This document shows positions 42,821 to 56,260 of a stretch of 64,000 bases of DNA, in pieces. Location: contig OZ024763.1 of NCBI GenBank assembly GCA_964016885.1, positions 27,714,001-27,778,000 on the forward strand. The letters run 5' to 3'. Below the pieces are notes generated by a model, which did no database searches, was not told the origin of the DNA, and worked only from the letters and a program-made list of their open reading frames with translations. Each line of letters starts with the position of its first letter. Within the stretch, counting starts at the first letter, position 1. This DNA is from Eledone cirrhosa. Lineage: Eukaryota. Position numbers and translations under genes: made by a program.

Positions 42821-43045
42821 TTATTAAAATAACAGATTAAAGTGTAAGCAAAGAATCGCTGCTTTCACCCTTAACGGGATCTTCTGAAACTCAGAAGATC
42901 CCGTTAAGGGTGAAAGCAGCGATTCTTTGCTTAAACTTTAATCTGTTATTTTAATAAATTTTTGCTCTACGGTTCTTATATATTTGATATATATTTATCC
43001 TTTATCGAGCCCTCTTTGGATTTTAGTCTTCAAATTTATTATTAT

Positions 43046-43050
<5 letters not shown>
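42820..43050 (+). mobile_element. Fold-back element family F with hammerhead-like core CAGAAGA
   Basis: Palindrome 42820-42958: CAGAAGA-tccc(gttaa)gggt-GAAAGCA...TGCTT-aaac, plus tail. Fragments at 47702-47753 and 53342-53370. Confidence 0.75.
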
Positions 43051-43096
<46 letters not shown>

Positions 43097-43101
<5 letters not shown>

Positions 43102-43190
43102 TAGATTGACTTAGAAACTCAAAGAAGTCTTTTACAATTAAATTTTAATTGTAAAAGACTTCTTTGAGTTTCTAACTCAATCTATGATAT
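43097..43190. repeat. Near-perfect ~94-bp palindrome adjoining (TA)n
   Basis: tcatagattga...aattaaaattttaatt...tcaatctatga. Confidence 0.85.
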
Positions 43191-43590
43191 TCTCGGCTCA
43201 ATATGTTGAGCTAACTTTAGTCTCATAAAACCGGCTGCTACTTTTAGCGGCCTGGGCATGAGACACGCTAGGTGCTGCAACATGTGCTTTTTATATCAAC
43301 ACATCGTTCAGTCTTCTTAGTGAAAGATACGAATTTCCTGGATACACGCAGAAGAGCACAGGAATGGTGGCTTTCACTTAATAATTCTTGCGAAACAGAT
43401 TTAGATCTGTCCGGGTATCAAAGGCAGTTGCCCGATATAGGTTTGTTATTTTTATTGATTTATTACTTTAAATCGAGCCAAGCAAACCATATTGTTTTAA
43501 ATTAGTATTTGTTCAACCGAGCTAACTTGGTAAATTGCAATTGGACACACATGTATACTTGTATCGGTGTTCATCTCTCTCATATATTCA

Positions 43591-43700
<110 letters not shown>

Positions 43701-44264
43701 CATCGCAAACCGTTTGTTTTTTCTTAATTTTTTCTTTTAATTGAGTCTGGCTGACCGTTTTGTTTATAATTAGTATACTTCTGTTTATAATTAGTATAAT
43801 TAGTATACTTTGTTTATAATTAGTATATTCAACCTACCGAATTCTGGTCCCTTATAAACTGACCACAGATGTGTATATATCTGTGTTTATCTCTCTTTAT
43901 TATATTGAATTATATACACATATATATATAAATATATGTGTGTGTTAGATTATGGTTGGTATGTATGATAAAGTATACGTTGTTGAAGTTCAAACCTTGT
44001 TAAAGATATATGAATGACAACAGAAGTGAAGTAAAATAAAGTAGAACAAAGCACCAATCTAAGCGTTTGCTTTATATCATATATTTCGGGATGAAGTTAC
44101 CTTTATCTAATACAAAATGCAAATGGAGTGTGCTGATATTACAGACGTATATCTCTGTGTTAATATATCCTAGTATACCATGCATTTCACGACTAAGACA
44201 TTACAATCACATGTATAGATTTTCTGTTAGTATATGCATACTTAAATATATATGTGTATATATC

Positions 44265-44338
<74 letters not shown>

Positions 44339-44363
44339 TGTGTGTGTGTGTGTTTGTGTGTAT

Positions 44364-44510
44364 AACAAATTGGGTCAATTGGGCCATAACGCACTATAGT
44401 ACTCAATACTTAGGGTAATAGAGTGGGTAATAAGAAAAGAGTCAGGATCCCCGACGGCTGAGCTCCGGTCGTTTCGACAGCTAGATCCGAACTGAATGAG
44501 TTCGGATATA
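44364..44510 (-). mobile_element. Diverged family C element
   Basis: Tail (ccataacgcac...gtactcaatacttagggta) plus ccccgacggctgagctcc...gtttcgac. Confidence 0.75.
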
Positions 44511-44575
44511 TATATATATATACGCGTCGATATATATGTATATGAATATGAATACATACATACATATATACATAC

Positions 44576-44775
44576 ATGGATTGGGTACCAAAAGGTGGCA
44601 GGAGAGAGCGGGGAAGACCACGAAAAACATGGCGGATCACAATCAGAGAGGACCTGCGGGAGATGGGAATTACCTGGAGAGGTGCTAGAAGGGCCGCCAG
44701 TGACAGGATCAAGTGGAGGAAGCTCGTCGCCCAATGTTCCACAAGGGACTGGAGGAACTAACACTAAGACAAATA
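44576..44775 (+). mobile_element. RTE-clade LINE 3' end fragment
   Basis: WVPKGGRRERGRPRKTWRITIREDLREMGITW...ASDRIKWRKLV is the typical RTE ORF C-terminus. Confidence 0.85.
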
Positions 44776-44813
44776 AACATATATACATACATATATATAT
44801 GTATATATATCTA

Positions 44814-44922
<109 letters not shown>

Positions 44923-45161
44923 TATATAAATAAGATAATAATGATGGCTGCGCGTTGCAAATGGTGGTGCATATGAAAAAGTAAGTCCTTCATCAGTGAC
45001 CCTCCAACCGTCCCAGGCATTTCATCGCTTTAAGGGCCATATGCCTCAGGTTGGTGCGAACAACGGCTAAAAAAAGTCGTTGGGACACGTAAATAAAGGG
45101 GACGTTAGGGTAACAAACAAAATGGTTAAAGCAACGGAAAGTGAGAAGAAATAGACAAGTC

Positions 45162-45286
<125 letters not shown>

Positions 45287-45560
45287 TCAGTGAAGAGCTA
45301 TGTGATTTTATATTTAGTCATGAATCACTACATCCTTTATATACGTGGATATTATTCCGATTAACAACAACAACAACAGCAACAACGATAATAATAACAA
45401 CAACAGTAATAATAATAATGATATCTTTATTATTTATTTATATATATATATTAATATATATATTAATAATAATATTAATAGTAATTAATACAAACATAAC
45501 AGCAGAAAAAAATATGTAGATAACATAACAGTACACTGTACACATTAAACCTAAACACCT

Positions 45561-45602
<42 letters not shown>

Positions 45603-46018
45603 GAAGCAACAACAATAAAAGACCATCGCCACGCTCACCTCACCCCAACCACAACCACAACAGCAACACCAACAACAACAACACGAATATATATTAAAAT
45701 ATAGATGTATACAGTGAGAATCGTTTCAATATTAGTGTAATGAGAAAATTTAAGATTACCTAGAGAAAATAAAGATTAAAAGACGAAGAAATAAATATCA
45801 CACGAAATATATATATATAAAGTGTATAATATGATATATTAAAATAGATTATACGAATGTAATTATATATATAGATATGTATATATTTATATATATATAT
45901 ATACATATATGTATATACATATATGTATATATACGTATAAATATGTATGTATTTAATATATAAATGTACATATATATTTATATATATGTATATTCCATAT
46001 ATAAATAAATATATATTA

Positions 46019-46054
<36 letters not shown>

Positions 46055-46146
46055 GTGTATATGTATATATATATGTATATATATTCCATATACCAAAATA
46101 TATATTTATATATATATACATAAATGTAATTGTAATTATACATATA

Positions 46147-46191
<45 letters not shown>

Positions 46192-46225
46192 ACATATATT
46201 TATAATTATACATACATATATTTGT

Positions 46226-46337
<112 letters not shown>

Positions 46338-46809
46338 GTGTGTGTAAAACGACAAAATGCAATTTAAATGATAATGAAATTTTCTGCTTACAAATTATAT
46401 TTTGGTAAAATGTTATCTGTTTTTGCCAATTATGTGGAATTGTAAGTGATTGTGTATATTTTGTGTATATACGTGTATAATTTGTGTGTCTATGTGTATA
46501 TTGTATGTGTTTCTGGGTATGGTTTTTGTGCATATGTGTGTATGTGTTTGTCTTTGATGCCTGTGTGTGCACGTTCTCTCCTTGCTTTTGTCTGTATGTA
46601 TGTATTTATCAATGAGTGTGTGTTAGATCTTGTCTATATTTGAATTATGTGTATATAGGATTGTCATATATATATACACACACATATAAATATATGTGTG
46701 TCTGCGTGTGTGTTTGTGTCTGTGTATGTGTGCGTGCGCGGGTGGGAAATTAAAATTAAACATATATATATATATATATATTTATTAATATATATGAAAA
46801 ATATAATGC

Positions 46810-46840
<31 letters not shown>

Positions 46841-46936
46841 CATATATATACATATATATATATATATATAATTACATATATATTTATATGTATATATATA
46901 TGTATATATATATGTATATATATATATATATATACT

Positions 46937-46981
<45 letters not shown>

Positions 46982-46997
46982 ATATATATATATATAT

Positions 46998-47077
<80 letters not shown>

Positions 47078-47278
47078 GCATATACATATACATTGATAAT
47101 CATCCGATCTACTCTGTAGTTAATGTCCTCCTAGCGGACAATATTAAATACTGTCGTAAATAATGTCGGATATTAACTACTAATAATAAGCGATATCACA
47201 TGGATATCTAGTGTTCGATATTAACTACAGGACGTCTACATTGTGATGTGTGTATATATATACATATATATGTATATA

Positions 47279-47320
<42 letters not shown>

Positions 47321-47463
47321 CTCACACACGTATATACATATATGTATGTATGTATATATACATATATATATGTGTATATATATATATACATATATATATA
47401 TATACATATTTAAATATTTATATATACATATGTATATATATATATGTATATATATATATATAC

Positions 47464-47555
47464 AGGAAAAAGTATGACCCACTCTACTACCATAAGTATT
47501 GAGTACTCTGGTGCGTTATGGTCCATCTGGTTCCTTACCACAATTCCTTTGTTAT
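47464..47555 (+). mobile_element. Minimal family C copy (~16-nt inverted arm plus tail)
   Basis: aggaaaaagtatgacc joined directly to ccactctactacc...ccttaccacaattcctttgtt. Confidence 0.8.
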
Positions 47556-47626
47556 ATATATATATATATATTATATTATGGAATACTGTTGGCTTTTTGC
47601 TACAATGTTTTCTATACCTTTCAGTT

Positions 47627-47694
<68 letters not shown>

Positions 47695-47756
47695 TATATA
47701 TATTTATTAAAGTAACAGATTAAAGTTTAAGCAAAGAATCGCTGCTTTCACCCAAG

Positions 47757-47817
<61 letters not shown>

Positions 47818-47998
47818 GTATATCAATAATTATATACATATTTAAGTATGTATGCGTTGTATGTGCGTGTGTATATATATATACATATATACATAAATTT
47901 AATATTGATATCTTTCGGGTTGCAATTAAAATTTAAATGATATATATATATATATATCGATTTATCTCTCTCTCTATATACATGTGTTTGTGTGTGTG

Positions 47999-48121
<123 letters not shown>

Positions 48122-48385
48122 ATACATATACATACATATACATGTATGTTATATATATATATATATATATATTAGTATGTATACATGTATATGTATATTT
48201 ATCCATTCATCTATATACTCCATGTAATATAACATTTCAGTATATATTCATGCATTCGTACGTACTACCATACAATTATTCATAGTATCAAATTTTAATA
48301 TCTAGTTGAAAAGCCAAGTCAACCACCTCTCATTGTGTTTATAATTAAAAGTACATATTCATTTATATGTACATATGTTTGGCAT

Positions 48386-48478
<93 letters not shown>

Positions 48479-48593
48479 GTGTGTGTGTGTTTTCATATAC
48501 GTTTATATATATGTTTATATATATGTGTATGTAAATATATATATATGTATATATATTTATTTATATAGGTTTATATATATATATATATGTTTA

Positions 48594-48661
<68 letters not shown>

Positions 48662-48692
48662 CTTGTATATCTTTCTCTTTTTTTCCTCTATA

Positions 48693-48737
<45 letters not shown>

Positions 48738-48824
48738 GAAAGGTATAGAAAACATTGTAGCAAAAGGCCAACAGTATTCCATAGTATATATATATATGTA
48801 TATATACATATAGATATATATTTA

Positions 48825-48906
<82 letters not shown>

Positions 48907-49330
48907 CGTCACGATGAAATAATCTCACAAACGTTCCGCTAAATTGACATAATAAAAAGTTAGGAAACGTCAAGACAAAACAAAGATAAACTCCATCCAA
49001 TTTTCTGCAATATTCATCATCTTTTTATTCAAATTCCCTTCTCATCATATTCCTACCACATGTCACTCCTTCTCTCCTTAACTGTCTCTGATTTGTGGTT
49101 TTTAATTATATATTTGCTTAACACACATACACACACTCATGCACATACACAGGGACGCTCACATACACACATAGACACATGCATGCGCGCATAGACACAT
49201 GCATGCGCGCATATATGATATATGTATATGTATATGTAGACTGTATATGTATTTGAAATTTGTACATATGATGCAAGACTAACGTTGTCTCTTTTAAATA
49301 TATATATATGTATATATATATATATGTATA

Positions 49331-49397
<67 letters not shown>

Positions 49398-49405
49398 AAT
49401 GAAGA

Positions 49406-49452
<47 letters not shown>

Positions 49453-49485
49453 ATATGATTGTGTATTGATATATATATATATACA

Positions 49486-49522
<37 letters not shown>

Positions 49523-49526
49523 TGTT

Positions 49527-49600
<74 letters not shown>

Positions 49601-49605
49601 TGTTC

Positions 49606-49647
<42 letters not shown>

Positions 49648-49654
49648 AATAAAG

Positions 49655-49713
<59 letters not shown>

Positions 49714-50465
49714 CATACACACATACATACATACATACATACATACATACATACATACATACAAATAAAAACGAAAAAAAATAGTATATAGAAGAAAGAT
49801 CCTTTTATAAGACTCCCGACTGTGTCACAAGTGCTATTAACTTATTTATTTGCTATAGTTGTTAGTGCTATTAGTGTTATTAATGTTATTAGTGTTGTTA
49901 GTGTTGTTAGTGTTGTTTTCTTCTCATAATGACGATTCTGTTGTTATTATTAATATTTCTATTCTTCTGTGTCGTTTCGTTTTTTTTTTTTCTGGTTTCT
50001 TATTCTTATTCTTTTTCTTCTTCTTTTTTTTTGTTGTATTTAGTTGCGCCGTCAGCGCATATTTGATTACGTGTATAATGGTGTTTAATTATGGCGATTA
50101 AATGACGATAATATAGCTGAAATTTATGTCATGGCCGCCGTTTTAGTCGCTGCCGTCGTTGTCATTGTCGTTGTCGTCGTTGTCTTCACCATCGTCTTCG
50201 TCGCCATCTTCTTCGTGTTCATTCATCATCATTAAGATCGGAGGTATTTCGTCGCCTCAGATGTCATCATTCCCCCCCCCCCTATATTTTGTTGTTGTTT
50301 TTATTGTTGTTGTTGTTGTTGTTGTTGCCGTTGTTCCTCTTGTTCTGCTTGCTGCTGCTGCTGCTGCTGCTGTTGTTGTCGACGTTGTTGTTGTTGTTGT
50401 TGTTTTTGTTCTCCTTGCTGCTGCTGCCGCTGTTGTCGACGTTGTTGTTGTTGTTGTCGTTGTCG

Positions 50466-50500
<35 letters not shown>

Positions 50501-50852
50501 CTTCTTCTTCTTCTTCTTCTTCTCCTTCTCCTTCTCCTCCTCCTTGCTGCTGCTGCTGCTGTTGTCGACGTTGTTGTTGTCGACGTTGTTGTTGTTGTTG
50601 TTGTTGTAGCTGTTGTTGTTGTTGTTGTTAAAGATGTGTTTTCTGTGTTTTTTCTATATTATATATTTTCATATTCTTCCCTCCTTCATCATTATCTTCC
50701 AGACATTATATATTCATCACGTGTCTCACGTTTGTTTATTCATGGCGGGAAATGATAAAAACTGGTTCTACATACATACATACATATATACATACATATA
50801 TACATACATATATATACATGTATACATGTATACATTCATACATACATACGTA

Positions 50853-51336
50853 CATGATGGCTGCCTCCTCGTTAACGAGTATGTTCATTGCACAATATAA
50901 CATTATTAGTAATTTCGCAGTATCGGTAAAGGGTCGGACGCCATGCTTTCCAGCATTGTTACGTCCCTTTACGATCTGAGTTCAAATCCCGCCGAGGTTG
51001 ACTTTGCCTTTCATCCTTACGGGGTCGATAAAATAAAGTACCAGTAATGAACTGGGTAATTGCTGGCCTTGTGCCTGAAGTAGAAACAATTATTAGTAAT
51101 TAATAATTAATTCTATCGTGCAATGCCTGTGCGTGAAGATATTTTTTAAAGTGAGGAAAGACTGTGCACTGAGCCAATCCCACTCTCTGAGCGACAGTAG
51201 CTATAACCCGAAAAGAAGAAAAGATCAACATCATCGGTAACTACTGAGCCGCAGGTTTTATGTCGGAGTTATCCCAGTTTCCTGAGTTGCCTTCTCCTAG
51301 AAGAATGCCCTACAAAGGTTAGGGGTCCTTCACTCA
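50853..51336 (-). mobile_element. Diverged 610-bp-family retroposon interrupted by a SINE (~50915-51095, plus)
   Basis: atgatggctgcc...ctcgttaacgag after (TACA)n; homology resumes at 51121 (caatgcctgtgc); ends in (CATA)n. Confidence 0.65.
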
Positions 51337-51416
51337 TACATACATACATACATACCTACATACATACGTACCTACCTACCTACCTACCTACGTACATACA
51401 TACATACATTCATACA

Positions 51417-51705
51417 TCAAATCCAGTATCCAAGATACACCTTTAGCTTCATACCCATCATTATTGGAGCTACGGGTTATATACCAACCCGCTTGGACCA
51501 AAGTATGACTGAACTTGGATTTGCGGACAAAAAGCGCAGCTGCCTAATTCATAGTCTACAAATGGTTGCGATAGCTGGCACCTTCAAAATATGCAAAACA
51601 TTCTTGCGATTCAGGGGATGACAACTTCTTTTGTTTTACAACCTTGCCACCAGGAAGGTGGCCGGTCAAAAAAAAAGTATACTCGAAATTAAGAGAAAGA
51701 GATAA
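51417..51705 (+). mobile_element. 5'-truncated copy of the 54952-59177 retrotransposon
   Basis: Near-identical to the reverse complement of ~54952-55234 (QIQYPRYTFSFIPIIIGATG...FLRF plus 3'UTR). Flanked by (CATA)n. Confidence 0.92.
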
Positions 51706-52085
51706 CATTTATACTCTCATACATACATATATACATACATAGTTAGAAAATTACAAGTACAATCCATTAATGGAATAGTAACAATGAGTAATATATTCCA
51801 AAAATTCTGCATCTAATAACTGCATATACACATCCACAAATACAAAACACATGCACACATATAATTCAGCACATATACGTCCACACACACAATAACATCC
51901 TTATCTACATATGCATGCATGCAGACATATCTACCTAGTTGATGTTGTTTAAACTCCAATGACAGAGCCTTGTGTCTATGTTAGAAACCGACTCTCTCTC
52001 TATATTGGTAAACATTTGTGAAAACCAGAAAAAACATACCTACATACATACATACATACATACATGGTTACAGAGAGATGACGAA

Positions 52086-52115
<30 letters not shown>

Positions 52116-52118
<3 letters not shown>

Positions 52119-52392
52119 AAAAAGAATGACCCCGACGGCAGCGCTCAAGCCGTTTCGACGGCTATTTCTGGACTAAATTAGAATTTTTAGCCTGGTAAAT
52201 AAATAGCCGAACTTGTCAAGGGGTACTTCCTTATATGGGAAGATTGTAGTGGTCGTGACTACAATCTTCCCATATAAGGAAGTACCCCTTGACAAGTTCG
52301 GCTATTTATTTACCAGGCTAAACATTCTAATTTAGTCCAGAAATAGCCGTCGACACAGCTTGAGCTCTGCCGTCGGGGCATTCTTTTTCCTA
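52116..52392. mobile_element. Longest family C fold-back element
   Basis: ~277-bp palindrome centred at ~52255, in (TA)n. Confidence 0.88.
52129..52224 (-). ncRNA. Type I hammerhead with U3-A8 core (family C); mirror copy on plus 52284-52378 has a mutated GAAA
   Basis: Minus: acccc-TTGACAA-g.cggctattt...aaatagccg.c-GAA-ACGGC(ttgagcgct)GCCGT-C-ggggt. GUC triplet. Confidence 0.8.
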
Positions 52393-52395
52393 TAA

Positions 52396-52429
<34 letters not shown>

Positions 52430-52685
52430 GGAGAGAGAGAAGCACTGATAGACAGATAGATAGATCGATCAATCGATATATAGTTAGACTGACTGACAGA
52501 TAGTTAGATAGAAAGATAGATAAACACACATGCACACGCAAATACAGATAAACACTCAAACACGCACATTGACACAAATTTATGTATATATATGTATGTA
52601 CATACAACATACACACATGCATATGTATATAGATATATAGATAGATATATGCATGCATATATCTATATATATGTCTTGCTGTGTG

Positions 52686-52717
<32 letters not shown>

Positions 52718-52898
52718 TATACACATATATACACACATATATATATACATATGTATATATATACACACATATATTCCTACACCTACACAAACCGAGAAAC
52801 AAAGAAATACACGCACACATACATACACACGGACACACATACATATATATATATATAAATACACATGTATATATATATATGTATGTATAAACAGATGT

Positions 52899-52985
<87 letters not shown>

Positions 52986-53089
52986 TACACACATATATAT
53001 ATACATATATATATATACACACATATATTCCTACACCTACACAAACCGAGAAACAAAGAAACACACACACACACACACATACCCACATG

Positions 53090-53170
<81 letters not shown>

Positions 53171-53194
53171 ATATATATGTATGTATAAACATAT

Positions 53195-53290
<96 letters not shown>

Positions 53291-53306
53291 ATATACATAT
53301 ATATAT

Positions 53307-53345
<39 letters not shown>

Positions 53346-53368
53346 GTCTTCAGATTTATTATTATTAC

Positions 53369-53399
<31 letters not shown>

Positions 53400-53421
53400 A
53401 TAAAAATATATATAAACCTAG

Positions 53422-53471
<50 letters not shown>

Positions 53472-53472
53472 T

Positions 53473-53521
<49 letters not shown>

Positions 53522-53942
53522 TATATATATATATACACACACATACACATATATATATATATATATATACACACCTATGCAAATATATGTACATCAGAAA
53601 GTGCATGGCTCCATTGTAGAACTGAACTTTGTAACAATCTATTGGAAAAAGCTCCCCGCATTGCAGGTGGTTCATCTCGTTCCTTGTCAACGGATGACTG
53701 CATCATAAAAGGGAACTCAATCCAGGCGTAAAAGTCGAGTAATGGCATTGGTAATAGTTTGAATGGAATTACGTCTATCTACGGCTTCCGTTCTTTTCAA
53801 ACTACCTTGTGGTATTGTAGTAGTAAAGTTGTATTTGTCGGTATACTACTGCCTGCTACCACACTAATCCCGCCTGTTGTTTTTGTATAAATATACGTAC
53901 GTACGTACGTACGTACGTATGTGTTTATGTATGTATGTATGT

Positions 53943-54012
<70 letters not shown>

Positions 54013-54143
54013 ATGTAAGTGTGTGCGTGTGTGTGTGTATGTATGTGTGTATGTGTGTGTGTATGTGTCTATGTATGTATGAATGTATGTATGTATGTGT
54101 GTATGTGTTTATGTATGTACGTATGTATGTATGTATGTATGTA

Positions 54144-54178
<35 letters not shown>

Positions 54179-54219
54179 ATCTATATGTGTGTGTATGTAT
54201 GTATGTATGTATATATGTA

Positions 54220-54282
<63 letters not shown>

Positions 54283-54309
54283 ATGTATGTATGTATGTAT
54301 GTATGTTTA

Positions 54310-54920
54310 TGTCAGGTCACCACTTGGTGCTACTGGTAACATGTATCCCAGTACAACCTGTCTCATGGTCGGGTCGTTGGCGACTAAACTGGCAACCCCA
54401 CCAAGGTTTCTTGGTGAGGAGGGTGACTTTGGACATCCTGCAGGACTAAAAACAAAACCTGTCGAAGGGCAAAGGAGCTCTTAAGAGTCAATGGCCATCC
54501 AAAATCACTGGGAGAGATGACCCCTTAGCCTTTGTCAAGGCAGAATTCTAAGAGAAGGAAAACTCTGATATAACACCTGCAACCCTGATGGTATCCAATG
54601 ATGTTGACTTGTTCTTCTTTTTGGTAAATATCATCTTGGTTAAGAGAGTGGGACTGGCTTTGTGCAGTGCCTTTGCTCACTATAAAAGCTTCACGGCACA
54701 GGCATTGCTTTATATCTGGAGATCTCTCTGCACTTGTCGTCACATGGTACCATCGGCCCAGCACTATGTGTCAATAATTGTCACAAGTGTAGTCTTTGTA
54801 CCAGAGTTTTCAAGTCGCTGGCTGGACTAAAAAGTCACACTCGTTCAGCGCATCGGTAGGGGTTCTCCTACATGGATATAAAGTAGTGGCCGTACTCGAA
54901 AACGAGTTGGCAGCCACCAT
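54310..54920 (+). mobile_element. ~610-bp non-coding retroposon, second full copy
   Basis: Colinear with 6285-6896 with only scattered substitutions; (TATG)n flanks. Confidence 0.8.
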
Positions 54921-55030
54921 GTATGTATGTATGTATGTATGTATGTATGTATTCTCTTTCTCTTAATTTCGAGTATATTTTTTTGACCGGCCACCTTCCT
55001 GGTGGCAAGGTTGTAAAAGAAAAGAAATTG

Positions 55031-56260
55031 TCATCCCTTGAATCGCAAGAATGTTTTGCATATTTTGAAGGTGCCAGCTATCGCAGCCATTTGTAGACTA
55101 TGAATTAGGGAGCTGCGCTTTTTGTCCGCAAATCCAAGTTCGGTCATACTTTGGTCCAAGCGGGTTGGTATATAACCCGTAGCACCAATAATGATGGGTA
55201 TGAAGCTAAAGGTGTATCTTGGATACTGGATTTGTAAGCTCCTCATCAATGGTCCGTAGATGTCCTCCTTCTCCTGTATTTTTCTGACAACGTTTACATC
55301 AAGTGGGCAGCTGATCTCCACAACAGAACACGTTTTCAATGTGTGGTCCCAAACTACAATATCAGGCCGGTTGTGCTTTAATTTGTTGGCAGTTTTTATT
55401 TTCAGGTTCCACCAGTATTCCTTAGTGCCATCTGTCTCAATATATTCTTCCTCGTTTGTTGTTAATTTTGTTTTCCGAAGTGCGTTCCAGATAGTTCTAG
55501 CTATCCCATCGTGTCTCATGGGGAGGTAGTAGCGAGATGACATTCTTTCGCAGCTGGCAACAATGTGGCTTACATCCTCGATCTTTGTTTTACATAGCCT
55601 ACATTTATTGTCAGCTGCTGGCCCTCCTCTTTTGTGCAGCAGATATTTGGTAGGGAGTTCTTGTTCCTGTATTGCATAGAGATATCCCTCAAGGTGTGAT
55701 GTCATAAACTTGTCGGAACTCCATGCCAGGCTTTTTGAGTGGTTTATCCCCTCTATGGTCTGTGTTTTACGCCTCAAGTATCCATGCACAACTTTCTCTG
55801 TAAATTGGTCAATTTTTTTTTCTTGTTTGAACATTGAATAGGATCTTCCGATTTCTCTGGGTGAGAGATTTATATCAGGCTTTATTCCATATCTCTCCTC
55901 CAGATCAGTCGCTATTCTAATGATATTTCTTTTTTCATGCTCATAAACCTGAGCAAGATGGTCGCCAACCTTTTTCCTCTGTTGAAGGTGTTGCTTCAGT
56001 GTTACTATCCGGGTCTCATATGTTGTTAATATTGATTTTAGACCCCGGCCACCTTCCTTGCGTGAGAAGTATAGCCTATCCACATCACCATTGATGTTAA
56101 AGTTCCCAGTAACACTGAGAAGTTTACGAGTTCTAACATCCATCTCACTTAGTTCTTGCAATGACCAGTTCAGTAGGCCAAATGTTGGCGTTATAATTGG
56201 CACAGCATAGGTATTGTGGGCAATGTATTTGTTGTATGCTGACAGTTCTGATGACCATAT
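55031..56260 (-). CDS. Retrotransposon ORF, C-terminal part: thumb, CCHC zinc knuckle, restriction-like endonuclease
   Basis: EGGRGL, CRLC-x8-H-x4-C, RHD, RPDIVVWD...VEISCP...KIQEK. The frame continues upstream as IWSSELSAYNK to the T10 run at 56260-56269. Confidence 0.92.
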   Translation of the reverse strand: MWSSELSAYNKYIAHNTYAVPIITPTFGLLNWSLQELSEMDVRTRKLLSVTGNFNINGDVDRLYFSRKEGGRGLKSILTTYETRIVTLKQHLQQRKKVGDHLAQVYEHEKRNIIRIATDLEERYGIKPDINLSPREIGRSYSMFKQEKKIDQFTEKVVHGYLRRKTQTIEGINHSKSLAWSSDKFMTSHLEGYLYAIQEQELPTKYLLHKRGGPAADNKCRLCKTKIEDVSHIVASCERMSSRYYLPMRHDGIARTIWNALRKTKLTTNEEEYIETDGTKEYWWNLKIKTANKLKHNRPDIVVWDHTLKTCSVVEISCPLDVNVVRKIQEKEDIYGPLMRSLQIQYPRYTFSFIPIIIGATGYIPTRLDQSMTELGFADKKRSSLIHSLQMAAIAGTFKICKTFLRFKG

